DNA of 64,000 bases. Origin: Octopus vulgaris. Its lineage: Eukaryota. The notes below the pieces were generated by a model. The model was not told the origin of the DNA, made no database searches, and worked only from the letters and a program-made list of their open reading frames with translations. This document shows positions 42,181 through 53,890 of the stretch, piece after piece. A program made the position numbers and the translations under genes. The first letter of the stretch is position 1, and each line of letters begins with the position of its first letter. Location of the stretch: positions 86,800,001 through 86,864,000 of the forward strand of contig OX597814.1 in the NCBI GenBank assembly GCA_951406725.2, read 5' to 3'.

Positions 42181-43842
42181 TATCAAGATGGGTCAAAGAG
42201 ACATTTTTTATCTAAAGGGCTTTTCAGTTCTATATTTACATGCTTAATATCTACTTCAAGATCCAGTTCCAAAAAAGAAGTATTGCATGTTCTCTCAAAA
42301 ATTTTACCAATTCTTATGACATAAACATCATCATCATCATACATACATACATACACACATACATACATACATACATACATACATACATACATACATACAT
42401 ACATACATACGCATATATGGATGGCTAATGAACAGAGAAAGTATAGAGTTGAGAGGTCCCTTTAGACCTGGTCTGCTGAGCACTCATCATGAGAAAATGC
42501 ACCCATTACCCTCTGTAAGATGGTTGAAGATGAGGAGGATGGTGGTAGCAATGGTCATGATGATGTTTTTAACAGTTTTATGAAAATCTCTACTGTACCA
42601 CTAAGTGCACCTCTCTGTTTCTGTAATGTGTGCATCTTTGTCTTTTGGGGTTGTAGAATTGCATTTATATACTGCATCAGTTTTGCCTTGTAGGATATTT
42701 TGTGACTTTGCATGTTATTTTAGCATTTCATGTTGTTAGGAAGGGCATCCAGCTGTAGAAACACTGCCAGATCAGACTGGAGCCTGGTGCAGCCTCCTGG
42801 CTTCCCAGACCCCGGTTGAACCATCCAACCCAGGCTAGCATGGAAAACGGACATTAAATGATGATGACGATGATGATGAATACTGGTAATATGAGTTGTT
42901 GGTATTATAATGTGTCGTGTATTAATGAAGGCTATTTGTATTATTGTGCTTAATTTCTGCTTCGAGTTGTGTTATAAGGTTTGGTGGTGATACTGTAAAA
43001 GCACTGATTCTCAACCTTTCTTCTATCCTTTACCCCTTCAACTTGATGTTTTTCTCCATTTCCTTTCTTCGGTGTAAAGTAAAACTCAAATTATAGTAAA
43101 TATTGCAAGCTTCAAAATTTGTTGCATATTCTGTCATTCTGCTGCCATTATGCAATATATAAATCTGATGCATCTCAGCAAAAAGAATATGTGTACTGTA
43201 TTTTCCAGCATATAAGTGAACTTAATATATAGTGTTAATATGTAAACATTTAACCTTTTAGTATTCAAATTACTCTTACAAATGAAATGCTTATTTATTC
43301 ACATTGTTTTGAATTAATCATGCATTATTTCATAGCTTTGAGATTTTGATGGGGCAACTGTCAATTTTTAGAGTGATATTGTAGGGTTGGTGTGGGAGGC
43401 CAGATCTGGTCAGTTTCAACATAAAACAAGGTAGAATATTTTGGTCAGATATGGCTGGTTTAAATGCTAAAGGGTCAACATTGTCAATATCTTTCCAAAT
43501 CTTGCTGCATTTCACATGTTATTTTAAATTCCCCAGTCTTGTCTTGGCGTATAAGTCTACTTACTTTTTCTTGGATTGGTTTTTCTTTTATATTTTTGTT
43601 CATCTTTATTTTATAATACTAAATGCACCAATTATTATTGATACTGTTTCCACATTCTGCTCATTTCAATTTCAAAATCCTTTTGTTTGATAGGTTTTTC
43701 ATTTTCTAGGTAATATTTTGGTTAGGAAGGATCAAGATATAAATTAGGGTACAGAACATTTATGATAGTAAGACTGATAAATTTAAGCATCAAAAGGTTC
43801 TGGACTTGATAACAATAATAATATTGTTTGTGACATACATTA

Positions 43843-44070
43843 TTAACCTTTTCGTTACTGTATTTATTTTGAGATGCTTTGTGTTTTTTTCAATTACTTT
43901 AAATATAACAAAGAATTAGTAAAATAACTTAGTTATCGTTAAGCTAGTGTTAGGAACATAAATTGTAACTAAGGTTTGGTGGAAGATTTTAATTCAAAAC
44001 TTATGAAAACAAAACATTTGTACTACAGAACCAGAGATGGTTTCAGCCAGGTTGGTAACAAAAGGGTTAA
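43843..44070. mobile_element. piggyBac-type MITE, family B
   Basis: TTAA-CCTTTTCGTTAC...GTAACAAAAGGG-TTAA. Confidence 0.8.
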
Positions 44071-44609
44071 GGCAACATCTTGCAGAATTGTTAGGGCATT
44101 AGGATAAAATGCTTAGTGACATTTCTTCTGACTTTTTATGTTCTGTGTTCACATTTAGCTGGCAGTTTGAATAAAGATTCCTTATTAGTGATGGAAGCAG
44201 TATTAGCGAAATCAATGACGTTTCAATTACTGTTTAACTATATCAGTTAGCAGCTGATTTTTGCATTGCATGTGGTGCCAGTTGATACTTGCTACTGATA
44301 AAGATCAAAGAAGTAGAAATATATATTTAGTAATGCCATCATCACTCCTGGTCAATTTTTGTCAGCTGCTGATATATTTCTGTGTTTTTTAACACTATAT
44401 GTTTATAAGAGATGCTTTTTAGAGATAAATGCCACAATTTAGCAGGCTTTCAATAATATATCTACTTTAAGTATGATACACAGATTGATATTTTGAGTTT
44501 ATTCTGCTTTCATCATTAATAAAAAATACATATATTTTCCTACCTACCTACCTATCTACCTGCCTGCCTGCTTGACTGCCTACTTACCTACCTACTTCCC
44601 TACATGCAT

Positions 44610-44667
<58 letters not shown>

Positions 44668-45196
44668 ACCTACATACATCATCATCATCATAGTTTAACG
44701 TCCACCTTCCATACTGGCATGAGTGGGACAGTTTGACAGGAGCTGGCCAAGCAAAAGCCTGCACCAGACTTCTGTGACTGTTTTGGCAGGATTTTTACAG
44801 CTGGATTCCTCTTCCAACACCAACTACCCAGCAGAGTGAACTTAGTACTTTTTATGTGGCACAAGCACTGGCAAGGTCAGTTTTGGCAAGGTTTTAACAG
44901 CTGGATGCCCTTCCAAACACCAATCACTTTACAGTGTGGACTGGATGCTTTTAAAGTGGGACCTGCACCAACAGGGTCACCAAGTAACCTGCAAGACAAA
45001 AATCTTTTGAGAGGGGAGGGGGAATTGGAAGAGGTCATCTTGTGTTAGATGATGAAAGGCTATAGTAAGACAGAGAAACAGAAACAGATGTCTTGCTGTA
45101 GAGGAGGCACAAGGTTACCCAGCTGGAGAGAGAGAGAGTGAGATCAGAAATGAGGACAGAAACAGGTGTGCTGCCACAAAGGAGACACACACACAC

Positions 45197-45257
<61 letters not shown>

Positions 45258-45292
45258 TATACATACATATATATACATATATAGACTCACAA

Positions 45293-45327
<35 letters not shown>

Positions 45328-46149
45328 CAAAGATATATATATATATATAAATACATATATATGTATATATGTTTGCATGCATGTATGTATGTATGTATGT
45401 ATGTATGTATGTATGTATGTATGTGCATATCTTTTGCTGTATATTGGTGAAGGATGTAAACATTGGTAAAAAGCCAATGTTCTTTGAATGAAGTCCACTG
45501 AGTTACAAACATCCTGATTCCCTTGCCTCTCTTGCAAAGATAAATGCAATGAATCAGTAATTTGTCCATTCTAAACTTGTAAATAGCAAAGCTATTGTCC
45601 ACAAAATACATGATCTGAAATTAAATAAATAAATAACCTGATTCAGCACAAATAACCAACAACACTGTTGTTCTCAAACAATAAGAGAGAAATAGCTGGA
45701 CCATCTCAATCAGTTAACTGAATGTAACTTATCAGTCTGAAACAAGGAAATGATTCAATTTAGTTTCAGACTTTTTTTTTTTTATTGGATCAGTCTGGAA
45801 GAAGAAGATATGCTCATGGTCTGTGTAGGCTCTACCAGATTGGTGAGTCTGAAGCAGTTAATGTTCCTGTTAAAGAATTGCAATTTGATGAGCTGCTATT
45901 AAAATATGAGCAAACCATTCTGGGGAGGAGGGACTAGATAAAATAGTTTGTAAGGGGCTGAGGAGTGGGAAATGGTCACAATATTGGTGAAGAGTGGGTG
46001 GTGGGAGACAGTTGAGTGAGTAATGTCTGAATAGAGATTCCATGAGACTAGTCAGCTCTCAAGAGCAGAGGCATCTGTTGTGAAAAGTAAAAGTGATCCC
46101 CAAATGAGGAGAATGATCATAGCAACAACTGTATCACTTTAAAGTGGAA

Positions 46150-46340
46150 AGCTTGGCAGAATTGTTAGTATGCTGGATAAAGTGTTTTGTGGCATTTTCT
46201 ATAACTCAAATTCTTCCAAGGTCCACTTTGCCTTTCATCCTTTCAGGGTTGATAAAATGAATACCAGTTGAGTACTGAGGTTAATGTAATCAACTTACTC
46301 ACCTCCCTGAAATTGCTAACCTTGTGTCAAAATTTGAAAC
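46150..46340 (+). mobile_element. Old SINE (third family); related copies at ~5350-5520 and ~44075-44160
   Basis: Shared ggcagaattgttag..aaaatgcttagtggcattt..tcaaatt..tttgcctttcatcctttcaggg core. Confidence 0.55.
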
Positions 46341-47820
46341 CAATAACTGTACCACCTTGATTTCATAGCTGTCTGAAATGAGAATATGAAGTTGATGGAT
46401 AAAATAAATTTAAAAACTCAGGCGTTAATATACAGCTTAAGCTTAAACCCGCTACATATTTTTGAAATAATAAGCTTATTTAATATTTTTATGGCAGTAG
46501 AAAGACCTTAGAAAAGTATTTATTTAATTTAATACCAATTCAAATACATGTTTTACATCTTTTTTGTCTCAAGCTAGAATTTTTCTCAATGACAAACTGC
46601 AGAGAAAAGCTTTTTAAGGATTCAAATATCTACTAGATATTTTTATTGAGTCAATTAATTTTTTTTTTATTGAAGCTGAACAGATTTCTCTGCTTTCTCA
46701 GTGAACTACATATTAAAATATGCAGCTTGAGATGAAATCCAAGTTGTTATATTTTTGAAATAGTTAAAATTTTTTTTTTGTTGGTAAAAAGATCTAAGCA
46801 AATTGCTTATTTTTTTAATTAATTATTTTTATCGAATTTACTGAAAACATTTCTCTACATCTTCATTGAGCATTTCATAGTCAGCAAAAATGCATGATTC
46901 TTTCATATGATGATATCTTAACAGACGTTGCATAGCTTGTGGCTCTGTACTACATGTGGTATTGTTGAAAGAACTGTATCAGCATTTTGTTACTTTACTT
47001 TGTCATATCTAGTTCTCAGTTAGTTAGGAATTTCTAAATTTCCTAGCATACATCTATACCAGGCATTAGCTTGTTCACTTGCCACCATTTTCATTGTTGT
47101 TGAGGGTAGTAGACTGTTATTTTTTTCTTCTCATAGAATTATTCTTACCTCATTTGTGGTAAGAACAATAAGAGATGACACATTTAGAGAAGCATTCCTT
47201 TGACTGCAGATGACTCTGAACTCTGAATTGCTCTTTAGTGGTTAAATATAGGTGCAGCACCTTGAGCAGGTGTCTTCTATTATAGCCCTGGGTTGACCAA
47301 TGTCTTGTAAGTGAAACCTGTTGCATGTGTGTGTGTGTGAGAGAGAATATATATATATATATATTGTCAGTAGTACGTATATCCAAAAAAAGAGCCATAC
47401 TTTAAAGCATACTCTAAAACATACATGACTCGTCATACTCAAATAGCTGAAGGCACATAACCTCTCTATAACTGGAGGGAGGAAGACATCATGATCAGTT
47501 AGTTTTGTAAACAAAAATGCCCTCATATAAGATGTTTCCTGCTTTAAGTTTAGAATTCCCTATTTGTAGAATAGGACCATGGTAGCATCTTCGAATATCA
47601 ATATGGCTGGAACAGATATAAGGGAGATACCTTGTCTTGCCTGTAACACAACTCTGGATATATATTTTTTTGTTTACAAAACTTAATTGAGCATGACATC
47701 TTCCTCCTAGCTGTAGAGAGGTTATGCACCTTCAGCAATTTGAGTCTGATGAGTCACCTACATGGTTAAGCACTTTATAGGTGCGAAACCAATGGTCATA
47801 ACAATCAACTTCCTAAAAAG

Positions 47821-47854
<34 letters not shown>

Positions 47855-47934
47855 AATTGTAGCGTGGAAGGTGTTTATAAGCCATTTAAGAAACACACAA
47901 AAACCGTTAGATTCACTTCAACATTTAAATTTAA

Positions 47935-47985
47935 TTTGTCAAAATATTTTCGTTGCTTTGAGACTGCAACTTGTTCACTGACAAA
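47935..47985 (-). ncRNA. Type I hammerhead-ribozyme-like motif with G3-C8 core variant
   Basis: tttgtca-GTGAACA-a-gttgc-(9 nt)-gcaac-GAAA-atat-tt-tgacaaa: perfect 7-bp stem I, 5-bp stem II, minimal palindromic stem III. Confidence 0.55.
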
Positions 47986-48316
47986 ACTTCGTGCTGCATC
48001 TGAGAAAGTAACAGTTAGTTCATGATATAAATGTACGTATGTATGTGTGTGTGTATGTATGTATGTATGTATGTATGTATGTATTTATGTATGTATGTAT
48101 TTATGTATGTATGTGCATATGTATGTATGTGTGTACATGTATGTGCGCGTGCATATGTGCATGCCTATACGCATGTATGTATGTACTTATGTATTTACGT
48201 ATGTATGTGAGTATTTAGAAGACACATGTGTGTCTATATAAATGTATATGTGTATATATATATACAACCTTCAACAAGGTAACAGTCATGTATACAACTT
48301 GAACTGACACATATCA

Positions 48317-49140
48317 TTACATAAACATACGTTCACATGTACATACACATGTACACACACAGACCTTGAACATGTTTCCCCTGACCACGACCTCACCAAT
48401 GCCTCTACTTGTTTGCTGGGGAAGTTTGAGAGGCAACAACTTCTCCATGACCTTTTCCCTGGCTACAATTTCAGATGATATGCCCAGTCTGTTTGCACCA
48501 GCAGCAAACCAGTCCAAGCTCCATGCAGTCACCTGCCTGTGAATGGCTGCTGTTGTTCCACAGCAGGCCACTTTTTGTCCTTCATCGGCTATCGTGCAGC
48601 ATCGCAGGCTTCTGCAGCTACCATCACCACTGCCTTCTGCCCAGTGCTTTGTGTCAACACATGGGCTTGAACAATGAGCTCGTTCATTGCCATTTTGTTG
48701 TCGCCTGGCAACTGTTGTAGTTGCATTGACATGTCATCAGGAAAGCTATTCACAAAAGCCAGTCGCATTTCTCTCTCCTCAAGTCCTTCACCGGTAAGAC
48801 CAGACAACACAACCAGCCTCTGTACCTCCGCAGTATATTTGTTGGTCTGTTCCCCTCTCCGTCTGATCATTCCCAGCTTAACAAAAGCGGTGTACTCTCC
48901 ATCTGTGTAAGCCTGTCTTAAGTGCTGCTCGATCTTCACCGCGCTCTTTTTCTTCATCCATTTTGAGGTACAGTGCCAGTGCACTCCCCTCCAAAAAACA
49001 GGGCCATGGGACTCGCTACATCTTTGATGCCTTGTAGCCTGGCCACAACTTTGACCTTTCGAATCCAGGCTACTACGTCACCTTCGCCATAGAAAGGTCT
49101 GATGACATCACTGCCAATCCTTATCTTCGCTGCCATCATA
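48317..49140 (-). mobile_element. Gypsy-type gag relic
   Basis: MAAKIRIGSDVIRPFYGEGDVVAWIRKVKVVARLQGIKDVA..LFLEGSALALY..RLAFVNSFPDDMSMQLQQL, assembled across frameshifts; no pol visible. Confidence 0.65.
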
Positions 49141-49706
49141 TATCAAGGGGACAACGATGTCTGTATACAATTGCCAAAATAGCTTGTCATGTGTGGGAAA
49201 TGAAAAGAGCTTCACCTACCTTCCTCTCTCCTCAGCGCCTGTCTAGTAGTAATCTCTTCGGTGACCCTGTCTTGTCTCCCTTGCATTTCCCTTCTCATGT
49301 TTCCTTGTCTGGTCAGTCCCTTGACCATTGACATAATGGCCCTCTTCTTCCAGCTCATCCCTACACAAAGCAAAAGAGGAAATTTATGGACAACTGCTTC
49401 AAAACCTCCAGCTTCTATATCCGGACTATGAATTCATATTCATATCAATAATAATTGGAGCCCTAGGTTTTGTTTGTGAATGGCTTAAAGGAGAATCTGG
49501 ATAAACTGGGATTTTCAGAAAGAGAAACCGACTGGCTAATTTGTACATTACAAGTGCAATCTGTGAGTGGAACAGTAAAAATATGGAAGACTTTTCTCAA
49601 GTTCCAAATGTGAATTTGTCTGTGTTAACTACATTCTTGTATCGTTGTTGGAAACCGGGTTCCTCCTCAGTGGAAGATTCATAATAATTAAAAAATAGAA
49701 GTGATG

Positions 49707-49760
<54 letters not shown>

Positions 49761-51035
49761 TATATGAATGCGTGTATGGTATGTATGTATGTATGGGTGA
49801 GTGTGGGTGTGTATGTGTATGTGTCTTTGTGTATGTGTTGGTCTCCATAACTTTATAATTCAGCAAAAGAGATCTGGAGAATAAATATTAGACTTAGAGA
49901 AATAAGTACTGGGACCATTTTGCTTGACTAAAACTCTCCATGGCTGAAACAACTAAAAGCAAAAAAAAAGATAGGATATTGTTCATCTATTTGCTGCTGG
50001 TAACACTATTTCATCCTGGTTGTTGATATCTTCATGGCTGGTAGAACTATACCTGCAAGAATACAGAGGCTATATGTATTATAGCCCTGATCTAATATAG
50101 CCTGAGATCAGTTAACAGAGAGCAAATACTGACATGTAAATTTTGACAGTTTTCAGTGAATTATGACAGTCTTTTAATAAATTGTTGACTTCATATACTC
50201 CCTGCTCTTGGCCTTAAAATGAGCTTCTGTATTGTAAACTTGGTCTGCTCAGTTCAGCAGTTAAATGTCTCTTGAGACATTCTTTACCACTTTTAAGACA
50301 GAAACCACATAGTGTCTTAAATTACGAGAAAGTACATTTACAATAAAGTGGAGATGGCCACATCACAGTTTGAATACTAACTAAAGTTCAGCCAATATCT
50401 AGAACACTCTATATCTCTATGTCCAAAATGTAGAATTGATGGGCTGATCTAGGCAATAGACTGATCCTTCATGCTAAAAGTCTGTTCTAACAGAATAGAC
50501 CAGGGCTTTTTGATTCCAGAAGCAACATCCTCCAAAACAGCAACAGTAACAACAATATTGTCATTCACATTGCTGCTACCACTGCTGCTGTTGTCATCAC
50601 CATCATCATTGTTGTCAATGGTACCACTACCACCACTGCTACTGATAATCAACAACAACATCAGCAGCAGTAGAAGAAGCGCTGTCTCTCATTGTCATAA
50701 TAATTAATACGCTACATCTCAGTATATACAATAATTTACTTTGCAACATAACACCTAGCAAATCACATGTTCCACATATAAAACACAACGGATTTAGTTG
50801 TTCCTGAAATTACTTGTAAATTAGTTCACCTGTATAGTAAGAAACATTGAAAACATTCTCCTTCATAAAGGTTTCAATAAAATTGTTCTGAATAGTTAAT
50901 ATGGGAGCATTTATATCATAATGGCAAAGAGGAAAACATTATGGAAATCTGAGTAATATTTCCATGTGAGTGTTCTAAACAAGAAATATAGATGTGACAA
51001 AACAGAACTAATTTTATATTAGCAATTCAGATGAT

Positions 51036-51255
51036 TATGTGAACATCGTTTGAAAATAACTGTTCGAAAACAATTATTCGATTGGAAAATTGTATGAATG
51101 AAAATTATTCAAAAGGACAATTATACAAAATTTTAATTATTCTAAATTTTTTACTTTATTTAAACAAAAATGTTAAAATTAAAAATCAAGTATGCAAATA
51201 TTTATTTCGAATAACTGTTTTTCGAATAATTGTTTTCGAACAATTTTCATGATAC
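51036..51255. repeat. Imperfect inverted-repeat MITE with internal ttcgaa repeats
   Basis: gttcgaaaacaattattcga ... tcgaataattgttttcgaac. Confidence 0.55.
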
Positions 51256-52551
51256 AATTCAGAAGTTGTGTTCTGCAAAAATAAAGAATTTATCTTAAGA
51301 GGATTAAATGTACCTGAGAATGAACTTGTCTTAGAAATAAAATAGAGCAAAACAGCAAAAAAAAAAAAAAAAAAAGTAATCTTGAGCAGTGTTCATTTCA
51401 AGGTCTGAAAACACACATGCATATGCTTCCCCCACTACAACTAATATGAAACATAACTCTGTGACAGATGAATTGATAGAGATATAGAAACAGAATTTTT
51501 CCTATTCACTAGTGCAAAATTTCAGAGCCTGTGGTTTTGCATGTCAAATCTCATCTGGATCAAACTAGTCTTTCGTCTCTCAGTTACTGAATTGATTAAA
51601 AATGAAGAACTAGTAAAATTTGGTGTATCAAAGTTATTGGTATTTGATTTGTAGTCTGAAAGCTTTCAGTGTAAAGCAAAAAGAAAAATCATTGATTTCT
51701 GTTTTATGAATTACCATGCCATTTTAGTACAGGGAAGTAGTTTATTGATTCCACCTATTGTTTCATCAAATTGTTATCACTGAAGATGTTGAAGAGAAAA
51801 AAGCAGAAACCTGAGAGTTAAGCTTATATTTTGTCAAGGTCTTCTGCCAGATTTTGTTGAAGTATAATTGGCAGATGGGATTATAATATATTGCTAATGC
51901 TTATTATAACTTAGTAAAGTAAGCTTTTATTTAATCCTTCAACATATTCAATGCAGCACTCAACTTTCCTTAAATAAATTTCCAGCCATCTTTAAAATAA
52001 GGACTACATATTTTTTATGATTTAATCGTGAGGCAGTCTGCTCCATATGATCATAACTACATAACAATCATATGATGATATTTAATCTAAGTCATTGTGG
52101 TACTCATTTTTAACTTGTGAATCTTGAAGTATTCCTTTGTTTGACCAACCAAGATAAATATTTTATTATGAGATGAGTTATGATCTTGACTCACACATTG
52201 ATTATCTTTACCTAGTTTATTTAACCTGTCGAAGCCAATAAACGACAGAACCAAAAGTGTGATTTGAGAGTCAGTGAGAACCAAATGAAAGTGTATGCTA
52301 ATTCTCTCTCAATATAAAAACGTGTGTAGGTAGGATATTCCTTAGGCTGGTAGATAAGCACTTTACACAATCCCATAGGTACGATGGCAATAGCAGCACC
52401 AACAGAGACCTTGAAAAAGACAACAGCACTGCCAACACCAGCCCCGCCACCGATGATGTCCTCTACACCAGCATTAATGACCCAATAGCAACAGTAACAA
52501 CATCAACAACAGTGGAAGTGCAGTGTCAACATCAACAGCAGCAGTATTCGA

Positions 52552-52788
52552 AGATACATTGGATTTTCTGGGAACACCTTCAAGCAGCACCTCTCCAACC
52601 ACAGATCCTTGTTTAGGATTCCAGAGAGATGATATGCTCTGTCTTTTGTGAGCCATGTGTGGTGCTTGAAGGTCGAAGGGACTCCACACATAATCCCATG
52701 AAAGATTCTAGAAAAACTGGGCCCCTACATCAACAAGAGCAAGCATTGTTAGCTGTGCATAGCTGAACAGGTGAGGATATTAAAGAAC
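52552..52788 (+). mobile_element. Penelope-like element GIY-YIG endonuclease fragment
   Basis: RYIGFSGNTFKQHLSNHRSLF..SHVWCLK..KILEK..C*LCIAE, a typical PLE endonuclease C-terminal half. Confidence 0.8.
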
Positions 52789-52893
52789 TCTCCTGAAGTG
52801 TAAGCAAGGTCTAAAGACATCTGCCCTTGAATTTAAGATGTTCCCTTAAATTCAAGGACAGATGTCTTTAGACCTTGCTGACACTTCAGAAGA
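52789..52893. repeat. ~49-bp-stem hairpin with 7-nt loop
   Basis: tctcctgaagtgtaagcaaggtctaaagacatctgcccttgaatttaag-atgttcc-cttaaattcaaggacagatgtctttagaccttgctgacacttcagaaga. Confidence 0.9.
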
Positions 52894-53521
52894 TTCCTAC
52901 TGAAATCCTGGGACCCGCAAGCTGACTGGGTAGACTCCAGATATTGGTCTAAGAGAGACAGCCCCTTGCACTTAACCCTTCTTTGTGTATTCAACAACTA
53001 GCTTGCTTGCCTGCATGCATGCATACATACATACATGCATACATACATACATACATACATACATACATACATACATACATACATACGTTCACATACATAC
53101 GTTCATACATACATACATTCATACATACACACACACACACACATTTTCAAAGGACAGAAGACAAATTGTTGATATTTCAGATACTTCATTACAAATGTTT
53201 CAGCAGTCAATAATCAATACTTATTTTCATCATCAACCACATCGTCTTCAGATAATATATCAAAATATATCTCCTCATGTTTATTTTCTTGCAGTTATAT
53301 TATACTTCATTTTATTTCATTTTATTTGTTTACATGGTTTGGTTCATTTCAGTCCGTCTTACTCCTATGATCTGTGCAATGTGTTAACTTCACAATACTT
53401 GAGTCTATACTTTATTATACTTTAGTATCTGGGTTGATTTATTCGATTTAACTCTTGAAAGTGGTGCTTCAGCATGGATGCAGTCAAATGACTGAAACAT
53501 GTAAAAGATAGAAATATAAGA

Positions 53522-53731
53522 TATGAGAGGGTGAAAAGCTCTTTACTTTGGGTAAAATAAAATACAGCAGGATCAGTTAATTATGATTTTATTCAACATA
53601 TTCCCCTCTCAGATTCACACACTTACTGCAGTGGTCCTTCAGTTTTTCTAAGCCCTGTAAAAAACTTGGAATATTGGGCCTCCAACCAAGCCTTTCACCA
53701 TTACTGGGAACTTTTTGGCATGCCCCTTGTA
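53522..53731. mobile_element. Tc1/mariner-type MITE
   Basis: TA-flanked, degenerate TIRs (tgagagggtgaaaag / actttttggcatgccccttg). Confidence 0.55.
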
Positions 53732-53890
53732 AAAGAGCAGTTTCAGTTATTTTAAGTAACCAGTAGGCCTTTTGAGATCAATATCATAGCATGAGTGTAT
53801 TGTAAAATAATATATAATAGTGAATAAACAAAATGGTAGCAGGATGGAGATTTAGCTCCTGGGTAGGTAGGTCTGTGACAAGGTTTGGTA

